DNA of 62,754 nucleotides, filler included. It is 11 parts of 11 records of this genome, joined end to end, with 100 filler letters (N's around TTAATTAATTAA, not from the genome) between each part and the next. Parts side by side here need not be neighbours in the genome. Positions count along the whole stretch, not along the records: positions 20,458 to 23,588 come from SRR7504441_212; positions 23,689 to 27,519 come from SRR7504441_216; positions 27,620 to 31,726 come from SRR7504441_224; positions 31,827 to 37,672 come from SRR7504441_228; 7 more parts are not named here. One strand, written 5' to 3'. The notes under the pieces were generated by a model. It saw only the letters and a list, made by a program, of their open reading frames with translations. It was not told the DNA's origin and searched no databases. Below, one piece after another: positions 23,348 to 34,639 of this stretch. Numbering within the stretch: position 1 is the first letter of the stretch; every line of letters starts with the position of its first letter. Both the position numbers and the translations under genes were made by a program.

Positions 23348-24295
23348 ACTCCACGCCCTAGATGAAGCGAGTTTGGTCTGAGCAATCGAATACTCGTACG
23401 GAGTACGTACGGAGCACTTCATTCGTGATTGTACGTACAAGTACTTGGATTGGACAACATTTGGTACCCCAAACAATCTCATCATTGTGACTTTCTAGCG
23501 ACTTTCTTCTTATAAAACAAGATTGTATTGACTATCGACCAGCCGAGCGACCAGCTCCGTGCAATAGATCTACGTACTATTATTTGCCNNNNNNNNNNNN
23601 NNNNNNNNNNNNNNNNNNNNNNNNNNNNNNNNTTAATTAATTAANNNNNNNNNNNNNNNNNNNNNNNNNNNNNNNNNNNNNNNNNNNNGGTGGGGGTCTA
23701 TGATTGCTTGACCACTTATTAATATATTGATAGGATGACAATAGTGTACACTACAGGCATCCAGTTCCTATACTTGTAGTAGTGATTTTACTAGCATAAG
23801 TGCACATGTAAAATGACTTCTGGAGCCGGGTTTTAAGCGTTGGTTGGCCGCCTGATCCTCAACTAGGTTGCCTACCTTTTGAATCCTATCATCGTCCTTA
23901 CGATATCTAGCCCAGGAATCACCCGTATTATAGGTCATGAAAGCCTCGCAGACACCGCCCGTCTCATGATCAGCAGGCTGTTGACGCTGTTCATTAATTA
24001 CATAAACTTGTATGCGGCCGCGGTTCAGGCCCAAGCAGTTTCAACGGGAGGAAAGTTCACGATCTTCACCCAGCGTCGTCTCCCCTACCTGGACGGGCAC
24101 ACAATCATGGACGAGCACCCCTTGGCCACCAATACCGCATACCGTACTGGACCAATCTAAATTGAAGAACTTGATCCAAATCGGTGCTGTACCTGCCTTA
24201 TGTTGAAGGATGCATGCCAATGCAGCTACTGCCAATGTGCCGGTGGCCGCCGGTTTGGCCACTGCAGACATCAAGCTCGCCGACTTGGGTGAGAG

Positions 24296-24859
24296 TTGGT
24301 GCACTGGGACTCCGCTGCAACGGCCGAGGAGAAGGAGGCCAAGAAGAATGGCAACTCCGCTGCAACGGCCGACGAGAAGGAGGCCGAGAAGAATGGCAAG
24401 CCACCTCCGCCTCCAGAAGCTCCAAGGAGGATGCGCGCGATGTCTGCCAATGCCCTGTATTGTGCAGCACAGGTCTTCATGCGGACAAAGAATCAGGAGC
24501 TAGTGCCCGACTCGAGTGAGTCCGATGTGGCCGTTCAAGAGCTACTCTGTGGGCTGACCGAGCTGGAGCCGGATCAAGTCGCCGAGCTCTACCGAGAGGC
24601 ACGCACAGCTGGCAGCTTTGTCCCAGCAATCGAGTCGAGTCAGGACGGGCTGCGGCCGCTAACCGACTCACACTTCCGGCAGAGCGGCGACAAGGACTTC
24701 GTGAAAGACGAACTGGGGCTGTGGATCTTTGAACTCAACCAAGAGGACTTAGTGTTTTCATCTCAGCTGAGGCTCCTTTGCAACCAACGACAACAACAAC
24801 AGCATGCCGTTGAGATCACCGGCTTCTGGCGATGTAGCGTCGTGCTGGCCGATATGTAG
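24296..24859 (+). CDS. Possible hypothetical ORF or decayed gene
   Basis: 187-codon open frame with protein-like composition; no ATG start and no recognisable family. Confidence 0.3.
   Translation: MVHWDSAATAEEKEAKKNGNSAATADEKEAEKNGKPPPPPEAPRRMRAMSANALYCAAQVFMRTKNQELVPDSSESDVAVQELLCGLTELEPDQVAELYREARTAGSFVPAIESSQDGLRPLTDSHFRQSGDKDFVKDELGLWIFELNQEDLVFSSQLRLLCNQRQQQQHAVEITGFWRCSVVLADM
24309..24398 (+). repeat. 45-bp tandem duplication (2 copies)
   Basis: actccgctgcaacggccga(g/c)gagaaggaggcc(a/g)agaagaatggca twice, 2 mismatches. Confidence 0.9.
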
Positions 24860-24909
24860 CTAGGGACCCTGCCCACGCCCGGCCCGGCGACTGGCTCCGG
24901 CCCCGCGGA

Positions 24910-26169
24910 ATGAAACAGAGCCGGGGGGCAGTGCTCCTGGTTGGAGTGCTGATCTGGCTCGCGATCTGGATCGGGCGGCTCCACCAACAGCTGGCGGAGA
25001 CCGCGGCCACGCTGCACGCCCAGCAGCTGCGCTCTGAGCACCGCCACGGCCAGCTAATCGCCGAGCACCGCTCGCTCGAGCGTCAGCTGTACCTCAACCG
25101 GGTCAGGAATTTCCGGCTGTCTGGGGAACTGGAGTGCCGTGACGTCACTATTCAGGACTGGACCGACCCGGGGGCGTTCAAGTGCCTCCCCGCAGGATTC
25201 CGGGTGCTGGCCTGCATGGGTGGGCGGATCGGCGGCGAGCACTGCAAATCACCGGGCTGGATCGCGAAGCGGTGCAGCGCCAGCAATCGCGAGGGTGAGT
25301 GCGCTCCACTGCCGCTCAATGGTAGCGAAATATCGGAGAGCCAATTACCTCGAGGTGTGTACAATATGATGCAGCACCAGCGAGGCCGACCAGTTTGGAG
25401 TCGAAAGCTGGTGGATCATATGAGGGGAATCGTCCAGGCAGGCAACGATGTGAGCCCTGTGGACTACCCTGGTGCTCATCAGGACGTGGCCAAGGCGCTC
25501 AAGCTGTTGGGGGTTGAGCGGAAGCAAGTGTTTGTACTGGGGGCAATCACGCCGTGGGTGGAGGTGATAGCACTTGAACTAGGCGCGCACTCCACTGTCA
25601 CCGTAGATTACAACACTCCAGTGCTCGGATCACAGATTGATGGGATCTCGACCTTGGAAATGTCCGCTGCTCTGTCCTCTCTCGCCCAGTGGGAACTGAT
25701 CGTCTCTTTCAGCAGCCTCGAACATGACGGGCTTGGGAGATACGGAGACCCGCTGGATCCTGATGGCGACTTGGCTGCAATGAAGGAGGCTTACCTTAAA
25801 TTAGCTCCTGGAGGCCACTTTGCACTTGCGGTCCCTCTCAGTCTCAAAGATGAGATGATCTGGTATTCTGGGAGGTTCTATGGGCCGCTACGGCTGCCAC
25901 TGCTCCTCGAGGGTTGGGAGTACAAAGGAATGATCGACAGGGGCAGGTTTTACAACTCAACTCAAGAATTCGATTTGGCTCAGGTCACACAGGGCAGGCC
26001 GCCGTGGGAGTGCCAGCCAGTGATCTTGCTGCACAAACCACTAGGGGCCCCTCCGCTGCTCGATGTCGAGTACAATGTGTACGGCACTCCAATGCATCAT
26101 AGCCAACTCCCGAGCACTTTGCGATGCACAGCGACCAAGTGCGGCCGTCGGCAGCCGGACCAGAGCTAA
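24910..26169 (+). CDS. Type II membrane protein with DUF268 (methyltransferase-like) domain
   Basis: N-terminal TM and coiled coil; VLGAITPWVEVIALELGA, TVDY, SFSSLEHDGLGRYGDPLDPDGDLAAM, LAPGG, RFYGPLRLPLLLEGW. Confidence 0.8.
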   Translation: MKQSRGAVLLVGVLIWLAIWIGRLHQQLAETAATLHAQQLRSEHRHGQLIAEHRSLERQLYLNRVRNFRLSGELECRDVTIQDWTDPGAFKCLPAGFRVLACMGGRIGGEHCKSPGWIAKRCSASNREGECAPLPLNGSEISESQLPRGVYNMMQHQRGRPVWSRKLVDHMRGIVQAGNDVSPVDYPGAHQDVAKALKLLGVERKQVFVLGAITPWVEVIALELGAHSTVTVDYNTPVLGSQIDGISTLEMSAALSSLAQWELIVSFSSLEHDGLGRYGDPLDPDGDLAAMKEAYLKLAPGGHFALAVPLSLKDEMIWYSGRFYGPLRLPLLLEGWEYKGMIDRGRFYNSTQEFDLAQVTQGRPPWECQPVILLHKPLGAPPLLDVEYNVYGTPMHHSQLPSTLRCTATKCGRRQPDQS

Positions 26170-26397
26170 TGGATGGACCGCCCCCGTCTTGACCACGTCT
26201 TGACCCCCATGGGCGGCGTGGAGCCAGGCCCAACTGATGTACGATCTCGGGTATGTGACTATTTGTTAGGGTATCTGAACGGAATGACATTGTGATTCTA
26301 CACTTATTACATGTACTTGTACGTATAGTAATTATAATTATCTAATTCTTTGTAGGTCTTTCGCCGGCCGGTATGAAATAGTATGATCATAGTATGA

Positions 26398-27206
26398 TCA
26401 CGCAGGCTTCGTCTCATTTTGACTCTTCTCTTGGTCGAATGCACGCACGGCCGCCTCCAGCTCTTGGACATCAATCAAGCCGCTATGGTCAGCATCGTAC
26501 TGCCGGAAGTTCCTTTGACCATTCTGGAGCATCCACACAGCAAACTCCTGCTGCGACTCTGCCAGCACACTCCCTATCTCATCAGCACTAAGAGCCCCGT
26601 CCACATCAATACGGTCGCCAGCTGCCATCATTGCCCGTGCCCGCTGTCCGAGAGTCAGTGCGTGGCTCATCCCCGACAAGAAAGCCTGCCAAGCCGTCCC
26701 GACACCTGCGACCCCGTCAGACCAACTCCTCCCCAGAGCTCACATGCGATATAAATCGTCCTGTACTTTAACGGAACTCGCGTGAACCCGAAGGCCATCG
26801 CGGCCGGCCAGACGGCCCAGTCGACCAGCATCACCGGCACAAACTTTTCGGCCACATTCTCGCGCACACTCACGCCCTGCACGGCGGCCGAGTAGGCCAA
26901 ATAGCTAGCCCCGGAGATCGGCGCCCAGCAGACTTGGTCTGCCATGATCTTTAGCAGCAGCGCCCGCCCCAGCCCGGCCGTAGGCCCGAACCACAGTTCC
27001 AGCTTGGTCTGCCACAGCCGCACCGCCGGGTACAGCCCGAGAGCAAACAGGCCAACCTCGGCGCTCCGGCCGATCTCGTGCTCTGGAGCCTTGCTGGGCA
27101 ACAGCCGCTGGGCCACGGCGTCGCCGGTCACCGCCACCGCCGCCCCGATCGCGCCGTTTGCCAGGTACGGACGCCGCTCGAGCGCCCGGAGCACCCGCGA
27201 GGTCAT
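26398..27206 (-). CDS. Mpv17/PMP22 family membrane protein fused to an EF-hand pair
   Basis: GDAVAQ, KIMADQVCWAP, WAVWPAAMAFGFTRVPLKYR. Intron 26706-26743 joins in frame to DRIDVDGALSADE and DADHSGLIDVQE. Confidence 0.85.
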
Positions 27207-27360
27207 AGGCAGCGCACCCCCCAAAGCCGCCCCCAGCTGGGTGGTCAGCAGACAGTGAGCCCGGCCCGGAGCCGCTGCTTTCAAGATCACCGAGAGCGGT
27301 GAGTGAACAAGTCCGTTATATTACACAGAAGTACTCGGCCGCCGGGGCCGGCGTTGGGCC

Positions 27361-27519
27361 ATGTTTGGCGGCATCGCCGATAACCCCCACAGCCCCAGGA
27401 GGAGCGAGCACCACGCCGAGGAGCACCACGCCGCCCGGGGGACCATCGCTCGGCTGCTGGAGCGGCACTGGGTGCGTTGCCTGCTCGCAGCCGCGGCCTT
27501 CTTCGGGGCCGCCGCTGTC
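27361..27519 (+). CDS. 5' fragment of a probable membrane protein (truncated by contig end)
   Basis: ATG-started ORF reaching a hydrophobic stretch at the contig edge. Confidence 0.4.
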
Positions 27520-27619
27520 NNNNNNNNNNNNNNNNNNNNNNNNNNNNNNNNNNNNNNNNNNNNTTAATTAATTAANNNNNNNNNNNNNNNNNNNNNNNNN
27601 NNNNNNNNNNNNNNNNNNN

Positions 27620-29117
27620 CCGCGTTCGACAAGAGCCAGAGCCCAGCTCCAGAAGAATTTCAGGCGCCCACCCCTGAAGTGCTACGCAATGCGCCCGAAC
27701 CAGCAGCTCGGATAATTGCACATCCAGAAGGCGAGATCCTTGCGAGTGTACACACCTGGCGGTTCGTTGCGAAAGAAAGCAAAGAGCCAGTTCAGGACCT
27801 GACCTCAGAACTGTACAAATCTGCAGAGAACAGCCGAAAAGTTTCTTTTGTGCTACCTGAAGATCACTCTGTGAACCAAGATCTCCAGACACCGTCCCCA
27901 TTGCAAATCGAAGTGGTGCGAAGCAATTCTGTCTCTCACGAATGACCGCTGCATCTGCAGTGCCCTGTGGAAATGAGCTGCTCCGACATATCTCACGAGG
28001 CTGATCCATCTGCAGGCATTGCGCAATATGATACACTGTTGACGCTCTGCAGAGTGGTCCAGGGGGCGCGAGGAGGATAAGGCGGTCAAGAGTGCCCTCA
28101 AGAGACTTCACGAGCACAAGCGCCAGCAGCACAAACAGCAACCCTCAACAGATGCCACCGAGCCCGCCAACCAGCCGCATGGGTTACTGGAGAGGCAGCA
28201 CGCCCGCGCCACAGAGCTCGTGTTAGGAATTGTTTGGTCAGGCTCGAAGCGCTTGAGCAGGAAGTGCACTGCCTGAGAAAAGAAGTCGATCATCTGAAAC
28301 TCGATTCGAGCACGGCACCCCGCTGCTTCGACCCAGCACCCGAGGGCGAGTTCGTGTGCGACAGCCTGGTCCACCGTTGGGGCGAACGCAGGCAACTTAT
28401 CATGTGCAACGCCTGATTGAGCAATGATATGCCACTGCCTCAGGCTGGCCCTATCAGACCTTTCGCAGCCACCATCAAAGGGCATGATCAAACCTGAGGA
28501 AGTCAAGCCACCCAAGGGCAAGGTACACCACGCTTCGGGGATGCACAGCTTGATAGCAGAGCTCAGGTCCTCGTTCAAACTGAGATCGTTTCCGAGGCCA
28601 AACAGCGTCGACAAGCAGCAGAGCTGCGCTCAAACCAGGCGCTAAGCCAGCTCGATAGCTTCATGTCAGGCTGTGTCGACACGCTCTCGTCTGAGCTGGG
28701 CGATCTGAATACGGTACTGCACCTGCAAGAGGAGCTCGACGCCAATCAATCTGTTGCCGATGAGGTAGTTGAAGAGACACTATTTGAATATCTCTCAACG
28801 CAGTCTGTTGCCCAAGAGGTAACGCTCTGCATACGCCTGATTGAGCTGCCACTCTCCTCACCTTGCTTGCACAGGAGGCACCCAGCAACGGGCGTGGGCT
28901 GAATGATGTTTGGGGGCGGCTCGCAGTGATGGGGCGGCTCGCAGAGCATTCGGACTCAACTGCTCCCAAGCGGACAGCTACCGCGCGTTCCCGGCCCGCT
29001 GCGGCCAAGACACAACCGAAACCGAACGCCACAGACTCGCCGGCATCAGTAGCGTCAGTGAGCACTGCCACATCAGATGCCGATTCAGGCGAGACGAGTG
29101 TTAGAAGGCCTCAGTGA
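27620..29117 (+). CDS. Hypothetical multi-exon protein with coiled-coil segments (5'-truncated)
   Basis: Chain of short + strand ORFs separated by GT..AG segments (e.g. RLEALEQEVHCLRKEVDHLK); exon structure not fully resolved. Confidence 0.4.
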
Positions 29118-29525
29118 AATGCTTTACAGGTCACTGAGCCTGCACGTCACGTAGCACCTGCACCATATCGAGCAGCACGCCATTAGCTGCACCGCATCGA
29201 ACTCACGCCATATGCTGAGTTCACAACTGTCAAGGCACCAAGCTCGCAATGATCAATCATGCGACATTACGTTCTGTGGACTGTGCTAGACTGATACAAG
29301 ACGTCTCTCCTTGGACATTAGGACCGCAGCTCGAGTTGAATGCGATGTCATAAGCCATTGCATGATCGTTTCAAGGCGAATCTAATCACACAGTCATGTA
29401 CCAAGTCTCGTATTGATTATGATCAAGTCCGCAAGTCTCGTATTTTGAACAAATCGTTCACATCTGGCCAATGCCAGCTATATAGGTCGCCGTTCGGCCG
29501 CTAAAATAAAGGACTCGCGAACTCG

Positions 29526-31077
29526 ATGAAATCGTGCACGCAAGACGTGACAAGACACCAATGGGAGCCACCAGACAGAGCTGACAGACAGACATCCCTG
29601 CACCTGTGTGTGTTGGATCCCTGCAGCTGTGTTGGAGTATCCTCCGGCGGCCTTGGCAGGAGATGGGGCAAGAGGCCTGCAGGCGGCGGACTCAGCGGGG
29701 TGGGCAGGCTGGACGACGACTTTTGGAACGACGTCGAGCTGCTTTTCGAGCTGCTCGACCAGAACCGGTCCGGCTTCCTCGACGTGAACGAGCTGGCGGT
29801 GATCTACCACAACCCAACCCAGCGCAACCACTTCTTCGAGGCCAGCCCCGCCCGCCCGGATCCGCCCAGCCGGCGGCGCCAGGTGCTCGACCTGGACCGG
29901 AACCGGGCGATTGACCGCAAGGTCCGCTGCCGCCTCCCCGGGGCCCACGAGCCCGTTGGCAGGAGTGGCGCACACACTTCGCGCGGATGTGCGTGCGCAA
30001 AGGGCCCAAAGCGCCGCAGGTGGCAGTGCGGGCCTGGCTCCGGTGCGTGGAGCAGCACCTCCAGTCCTCGCTCGCCGAGCTGTGCGAGCCGTTCCGGGTC
30101 GAGATCAATTTGGCCCAAATCAACACCCAGCGCGCACTGGACAAGGCCAAGGCCGAGAAGCAGGCCACCAAGCTCTCCGGGACGGCCGGCCAGCTACAGG
30201 CAGCCGTGCCCCCGGGCATGCTGAGGCTGTTGGCAGGCGGACGTGCTCCAGGTGGAGGCCGGGCTGGAGCGGGAGGCGTCTCTGGAGGCTGATGTTGTCA
30301 GGGTGATGCAGCAGTGGCAGCAGCCCTCGAACACGACGATTGATCAATTCGAGAACAAGAACTCGCCGGCCGACTACACCTGGCTGGTCGAGGTGTTCGA
30401 TCAGATCTGCAGGAACCGTCCAGACGCGTTCAACGGCACGGATGAGGAAAGCTTGCCTGCCGCGCCGCTGTTTGTTGTAGCGGGTGCTGTGCGCTTGGGG
30501 CCGGGCCGAGCAATGGACAGGCGCGTGCCCGGCCAAGGGGATGATGTTCGCCACTCCGATGCAGGCAGTGCTCTACTGCCAGTGCGCCGAGGCTGTCCGC
30601 TTCTGGTGGGTCAAACCCGAGCCGACGCGCCAGTCCAGGCTGTGGCGAGCCACAATGAGCGCCACCAGCAAGGGCAAGGCCAAGAACCTGCCCGGCCGGG
30701 CGGTGATGGTGCGCCCCGTTCGCCGCCGGGGCTCAGACCGGCGCAGGGGGTGTACCAGCCACTGGCCAAGTTCTTCACAGAGCAGGGCCAATGTGGTGAC
30801 CTGAGCTTTGCCGTAGTTGTGCTCCCCCCCCCCAGGCCGCCAGCCAGCCCGCGGGCAGGATTGCGGCGGGTGCAAGCGGGCTGTAATCACCAAGGGGTCG
30901 GAGCAGCTCTGGGTGTATCTAGTCTGGCAGGAGGAGTGGAGTTCGGTGATGGCGGCCAAGCGGTTCATCAGGGGCTCGATCGCGTACCAGCGTGGCCCGG
31001 AGCATCAAGGGTTCTACGTCCGCCGTTACGAGATCCAAGGTGCCCAGTGGCCTAACCTCGGGCTCAGCTGGGTGTAG
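29526..31077 (+). CDS. EF-hand protein with unknown C-terminal domain, multi-exon; start uncertain
   Basis: LFELLDQNRSGFLDVNEL and VLDLDRNRAIDRK|EW, then coiled coil; short introns include 30200-30236 (GC-AG), 30484-30520 and 30709-30746. Confidence 0.65.
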
Positions 31078-31968
31078 GCGAAGAGTTGGCGATAGACGAC
31101 GAGTGTCACGGGCCGTACGGGCCAGGGGTGCTCCCGTCAAACATTGTCAAGACGCTCGCAGTCGGCGTGTCGAGGCATACGATTCCGTAAGCCGGTGTAT
31201 ATGTCATCAGGCCAGGCTCGGCCTGCGCGTATTGCCAACTAACATATATATCTTTAAAGAATATACTTTGACAAATCCGCGCTAAAATGCAACTAGAGTG
31301 CAATGCATGTACAGAATGATGTATCCGTAAGATCTAAGATTATTACAACTGTAATTACATATTATTATAACTGCACTCCATTGGCCACGTCGAGCTACTA
31401 CGAGTACATGTAGTTTACTTGACGGCGTAGACCTCACCTTAGGTATTGAAGTTAGTACTTAGTACAACGACTATCTCTATCACAACGAATAATTTTATTT
31501 GGATGACTACAATATCGATAACCTAATGATAGCCATTGTAATCTACGTTTTCCAGTCCTGAATAATTATTCATCTAGATCTCTACCGTGCAAGTAATCTA
31601 AGTAACGTCAACTGGTGAGAAGTTCCAAGGCGGTTCTTGGCCACCATCTCTGATATCGTGTTGATCATTCTAACTTAAAGCTCAAGCCTGGTTACTTGCC
31701 TCGGAGTGCTCTCGCCCTGTGCCGAGNNNNNNNNNNNNNNNNNNNNNNNNNNNNNNNNNNNNNNNNNNNNTTAATTAATTAANNNNNNNNNNNNNNNNNN
31801 NNNNNNNNNNNNNNNNNNNNNNNNNNAGCCGGCATTTCAAAACAACGGACCTCTATACGTACACGTTAATTAACGGGGATCCATATTAACTACAATGTCA
31901 TAAGACTCATAACTCACCAAACCCCACTGCGTTGGGCTCAATCTTGTGGATATACACGTTAAAAAAGT

Positions 31969-33366
31969 TCATTCCTGATTTAATTCGGCAGCTCGCCGCT
32001 TCAAGAACTCCAACACTAGCTCGTACACCGCGTCCGGTGGCTCACCCCCAATCCAGTCATCCGGATCGGCCGCTTCGCCGTCGAGCTCACCATCCACCAG
32101 CCCGCTCTCCATCAGACTCCGCCAGACGGCCGCGGTCACGGTCCGCCCGGCTAGCGTCCCCGACTGCACACACCGCAGCTGCCACTCCGAGTGAACCGGC
32201 CCCCCTTGCAGGGCTCCGCACTCAGCGTCGCCATGGGCTCCGCACTCAGCGCACCGCGGGCAGGTGCACATAAACCCGTACGCCTCCTGCAGCCGGCCAA
32301 TCCGCTCCTCGGTGCACATGGTCTCGTCGACGTACGAGAAAGTCACCTCTGTGCCCTCCGGAAGAGCTCGGTAAGCTACTAGCTGGACAGAGCCGGGTTC
32401 AGGCGCCACACTGCAGCAGGCGGTTGGCAGGCACGAATGGTTAGCCGCGCTCTGGGCCAGGAACAGTGCGACGGCCTCCGCCTGCGGAAAGAGCTCGTCC
32501 ACGGTGGCCGTATCGCCTGCCTCCACCCCTGCCCTCTGTTTGAGGCCCTCGATCACTTCAGCAGCGGACTCGTCCTCTAGCCCGCCCAGCCACTCCAACA
32601 GCTGGCTCGGGTACCCGAGGGCCTGCACGTTGCACCGGACCGACCCGAGCAGCCCCACGTACCTCTCCGGGCACACGAACCGGCCGACCACCTCCATGTG
32701 CTCGCCCCACCAGCGTTCAGACACAGCCCCGCGCACACTCGATTCCAGCACCCCCACCGCCAGCTCCGCCATCCGATTCAGCTCGCAGCGCAGAGGCTCA
32801 ATCAGCTCTGTCTGCCCCCCGGCCAGCGATTCGGCGTAGTCCACCGTCGCAAACCCGTCTGCCACTGCCGCCGCATCAGCCAGCGTGAACCCAACCTCCG
32901 TGACCGCCCTGTGCGACAGCGCCAGGAGCATGCGAGCCGCAAGCTCGAAGTGCTCGCTCCCAGCCTCCCGGCACGCGTGCCCGAACCGCTCCCAGCCAGC
33001 CCAGCCCTCGCCGCAAACCCAGCCCCACTCCGCCTCGTGATCGGCGGCCAGGCAGCTACCACTGCAGTAGACTTGCCCGCACGGCCCGGGGCACCAGACA
33101 GCACTCCCGGGCCCAACTGCCCGGCCGATGAGCGCGTTGGCCTGCTGGGCCGGAGTGCCCGCCCAACCGAGGCAGCGGTGGCAGGTGAGCAGCTCGGGTC
33201 GGTCGTAGGTGGCCACCCCGCACAGACGAGCCTCCCGCAGCAGCACCGAGCCGGCCTCGCGCGTCGTCGTGGCCACCAGCCGCTCCCCTCGCCCGTCCGG
33301 CCGGTGCTCGCACGCCAGCCCGGCCGGCAGCCCCGCGGTCCGCTCCCGCCGAAGTGCTTCAGTCAT
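31969..33366 (-). CDS. SMYD-type SET-domain lysine methyltransferase
   Basis: GRGERLVA..AGSVLLRE, MYND-like CHRC..CPGPC..YCSGSC..H, NHSCLP, EVTFSYVD, post-SET YGFMCTCPRC. Confidence 0.88.
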   Translation of the reverse strand: MTEALRRERTAGLPAGLACEHRPDGRGERLVATTTREAGSVLLREARLCGVATYDRPELLTCHRCLGWAGTPAQQANALIGRAVGPGSAVWCPGPCGQVYCSGSCLAADHEAEWGWVCGEGWAGWERFGHACREAGSEHFELAARMLLALSHRAVTEVGFTLADAAAVADGFATVDYAESLAGGQTELIEPLRCELNRMAELAVGVLESSVRGAVSERWWGEHMEVVGRFVCPERYVGLLGSVRCNVQALGYPSQLLEWLGGLEDESAAEVIEGLKQRAGVEAGDTATVDELFPQAEAVALFLAQSAANHSCLPTACCSVAPEPGSVQLVAYRALPEGTEVTFSYVDETMCTEERIGRLQEAYGFMCTCPRCAECGAHGDAECGALQGGPVHSEWQLRCVQSGTLAGRTVTAAVWRSLMESGLVDGELDGEAADPDDWIGGEPPDAVYELVLEFLKRRAAELNQE

Positions 33367-33440
33367 TGCCCGCACTTTGATTCAGTTTGTGAGAGGGAGT
33401 CTGCGGCAGCGGGCGTGTCGCACAGTCGGTGCCCGCAGCT

Positions 33441-34595
33441 ATGGGGATCATGTTCGAGATCAACTTCGCGGAGATCCCGGCACCGACCGCCCGAGAGGCG
33501 CCTCGCTCGGCGGCCCGACCCGAGCCGACTGCAGGTGCTCAACGCGGTGGCGCGGCAGTTCCCCAAGATCCGGACGGTGCAGCAGCTGACAAGCAACATG
33601 TCCTGGCCGTACAACGCCACCTACGTCTTCTTCCTCGAGCCGAACAAGGCGCACAACATCGAGATCGAGCACCAGTTCCCGAACTGCTTCCAGGCACCCC
33701 CCGGCCCGCCTCGCGCCCACTGCGGCGCAGGTCCGGGCCTCGGAGCCCTCGCTGGCGGTGCTGCACACCGTCGCGCTGGCGTTCGTCGGGTTCCTCTGGG
33801 GGTTCACCGAGTACTTCCAGCCGGTGGTGGCTGTCGACAAGGCAGCGTGGGGCCCTGGGCCGGGCCAGAGCCGGCTGCAGGGAGTGCGGCGCGAGCTGGC
33901 CACTTGGGAGGCATTCATCGACTTCAACTATAAGCTGCAGGCCTCCGTCAAAGGAGGCGCCCGCCCGCTGCCGGCCGGCCACCAGCCGCGGCGGCAGCCC
34001 GTGCCATCCACGAGCGGCGAGAGAGGACGCGGTCGAGCAATCGGCACAAGCGAGGCGACGAGACTGAGTGCGTGCCAGCACAGCAACGGCTGCAGCCGGG
34101 GGCGCAGGCTGGTTCGGACGAAGAATCCGGCCAGGATCCTGTCGCCGCACCTGCTCGGGCCGTCCCCTCGCCAGAAGAGGGCGCACAACCCTGCAAAGTG
34201 CCCTGCTGGCGAGATCACCGGGGTGCCCACCTACATGCCGCCCGCACGAGCCGGCGAGACAGGACTGGCCAGAGGCGCACCTGCGTGCAACCAGCCCGAG
34301 GCTCCAGCCGTGGCGGCCGGTGGGGAGCAAGGTGGTGTCAGAAGGCGAGCCTGCCCCGTCTGCAGTCAGTCGAGTGACCGCTTTCACAGGTGGAGGGTTT
34401 GCTGGGGGCGGTGGCAATGTAACTGTCGGACGGAACCGCGACGGGTCACCCAAACGGTGTGTCGGGCGCGTGAGCTGCCGCTCACCTGGGGGCAGCGAGC
34501 GGACGGCTAAGAGCGACTGGGGGGGGGAGCCAGAGGAATTCGCAGAGTGGGCTGGGTGGGCGGGCCAGGGGTGCCGGCGCAGGCGGGCCAGGTGA
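33441..34595 (+). CDS. Hypothetical protein, multi-exon (may continue into the next feature)
   Basis: Consecutive GC-AG introns 33498-33534, 33694-33730, 33842-33880 and 33957-33997 give a coherent globular N-terminal domain; 3' end uncertain. Confidence 0.55.
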
Positions 34596-34639
34596 TGAGA
34601 CTGATGAACTCACCCTGAGCGAGGAGGGGCTGGCCGAGG

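Noticed and set aside
30447-30480. Apparent GA-AG intron (GAG|gaaagc...tag)
   Set aside because: A canonical 37-nt GT-AG intron at 30484-30520 explains the same frame change.
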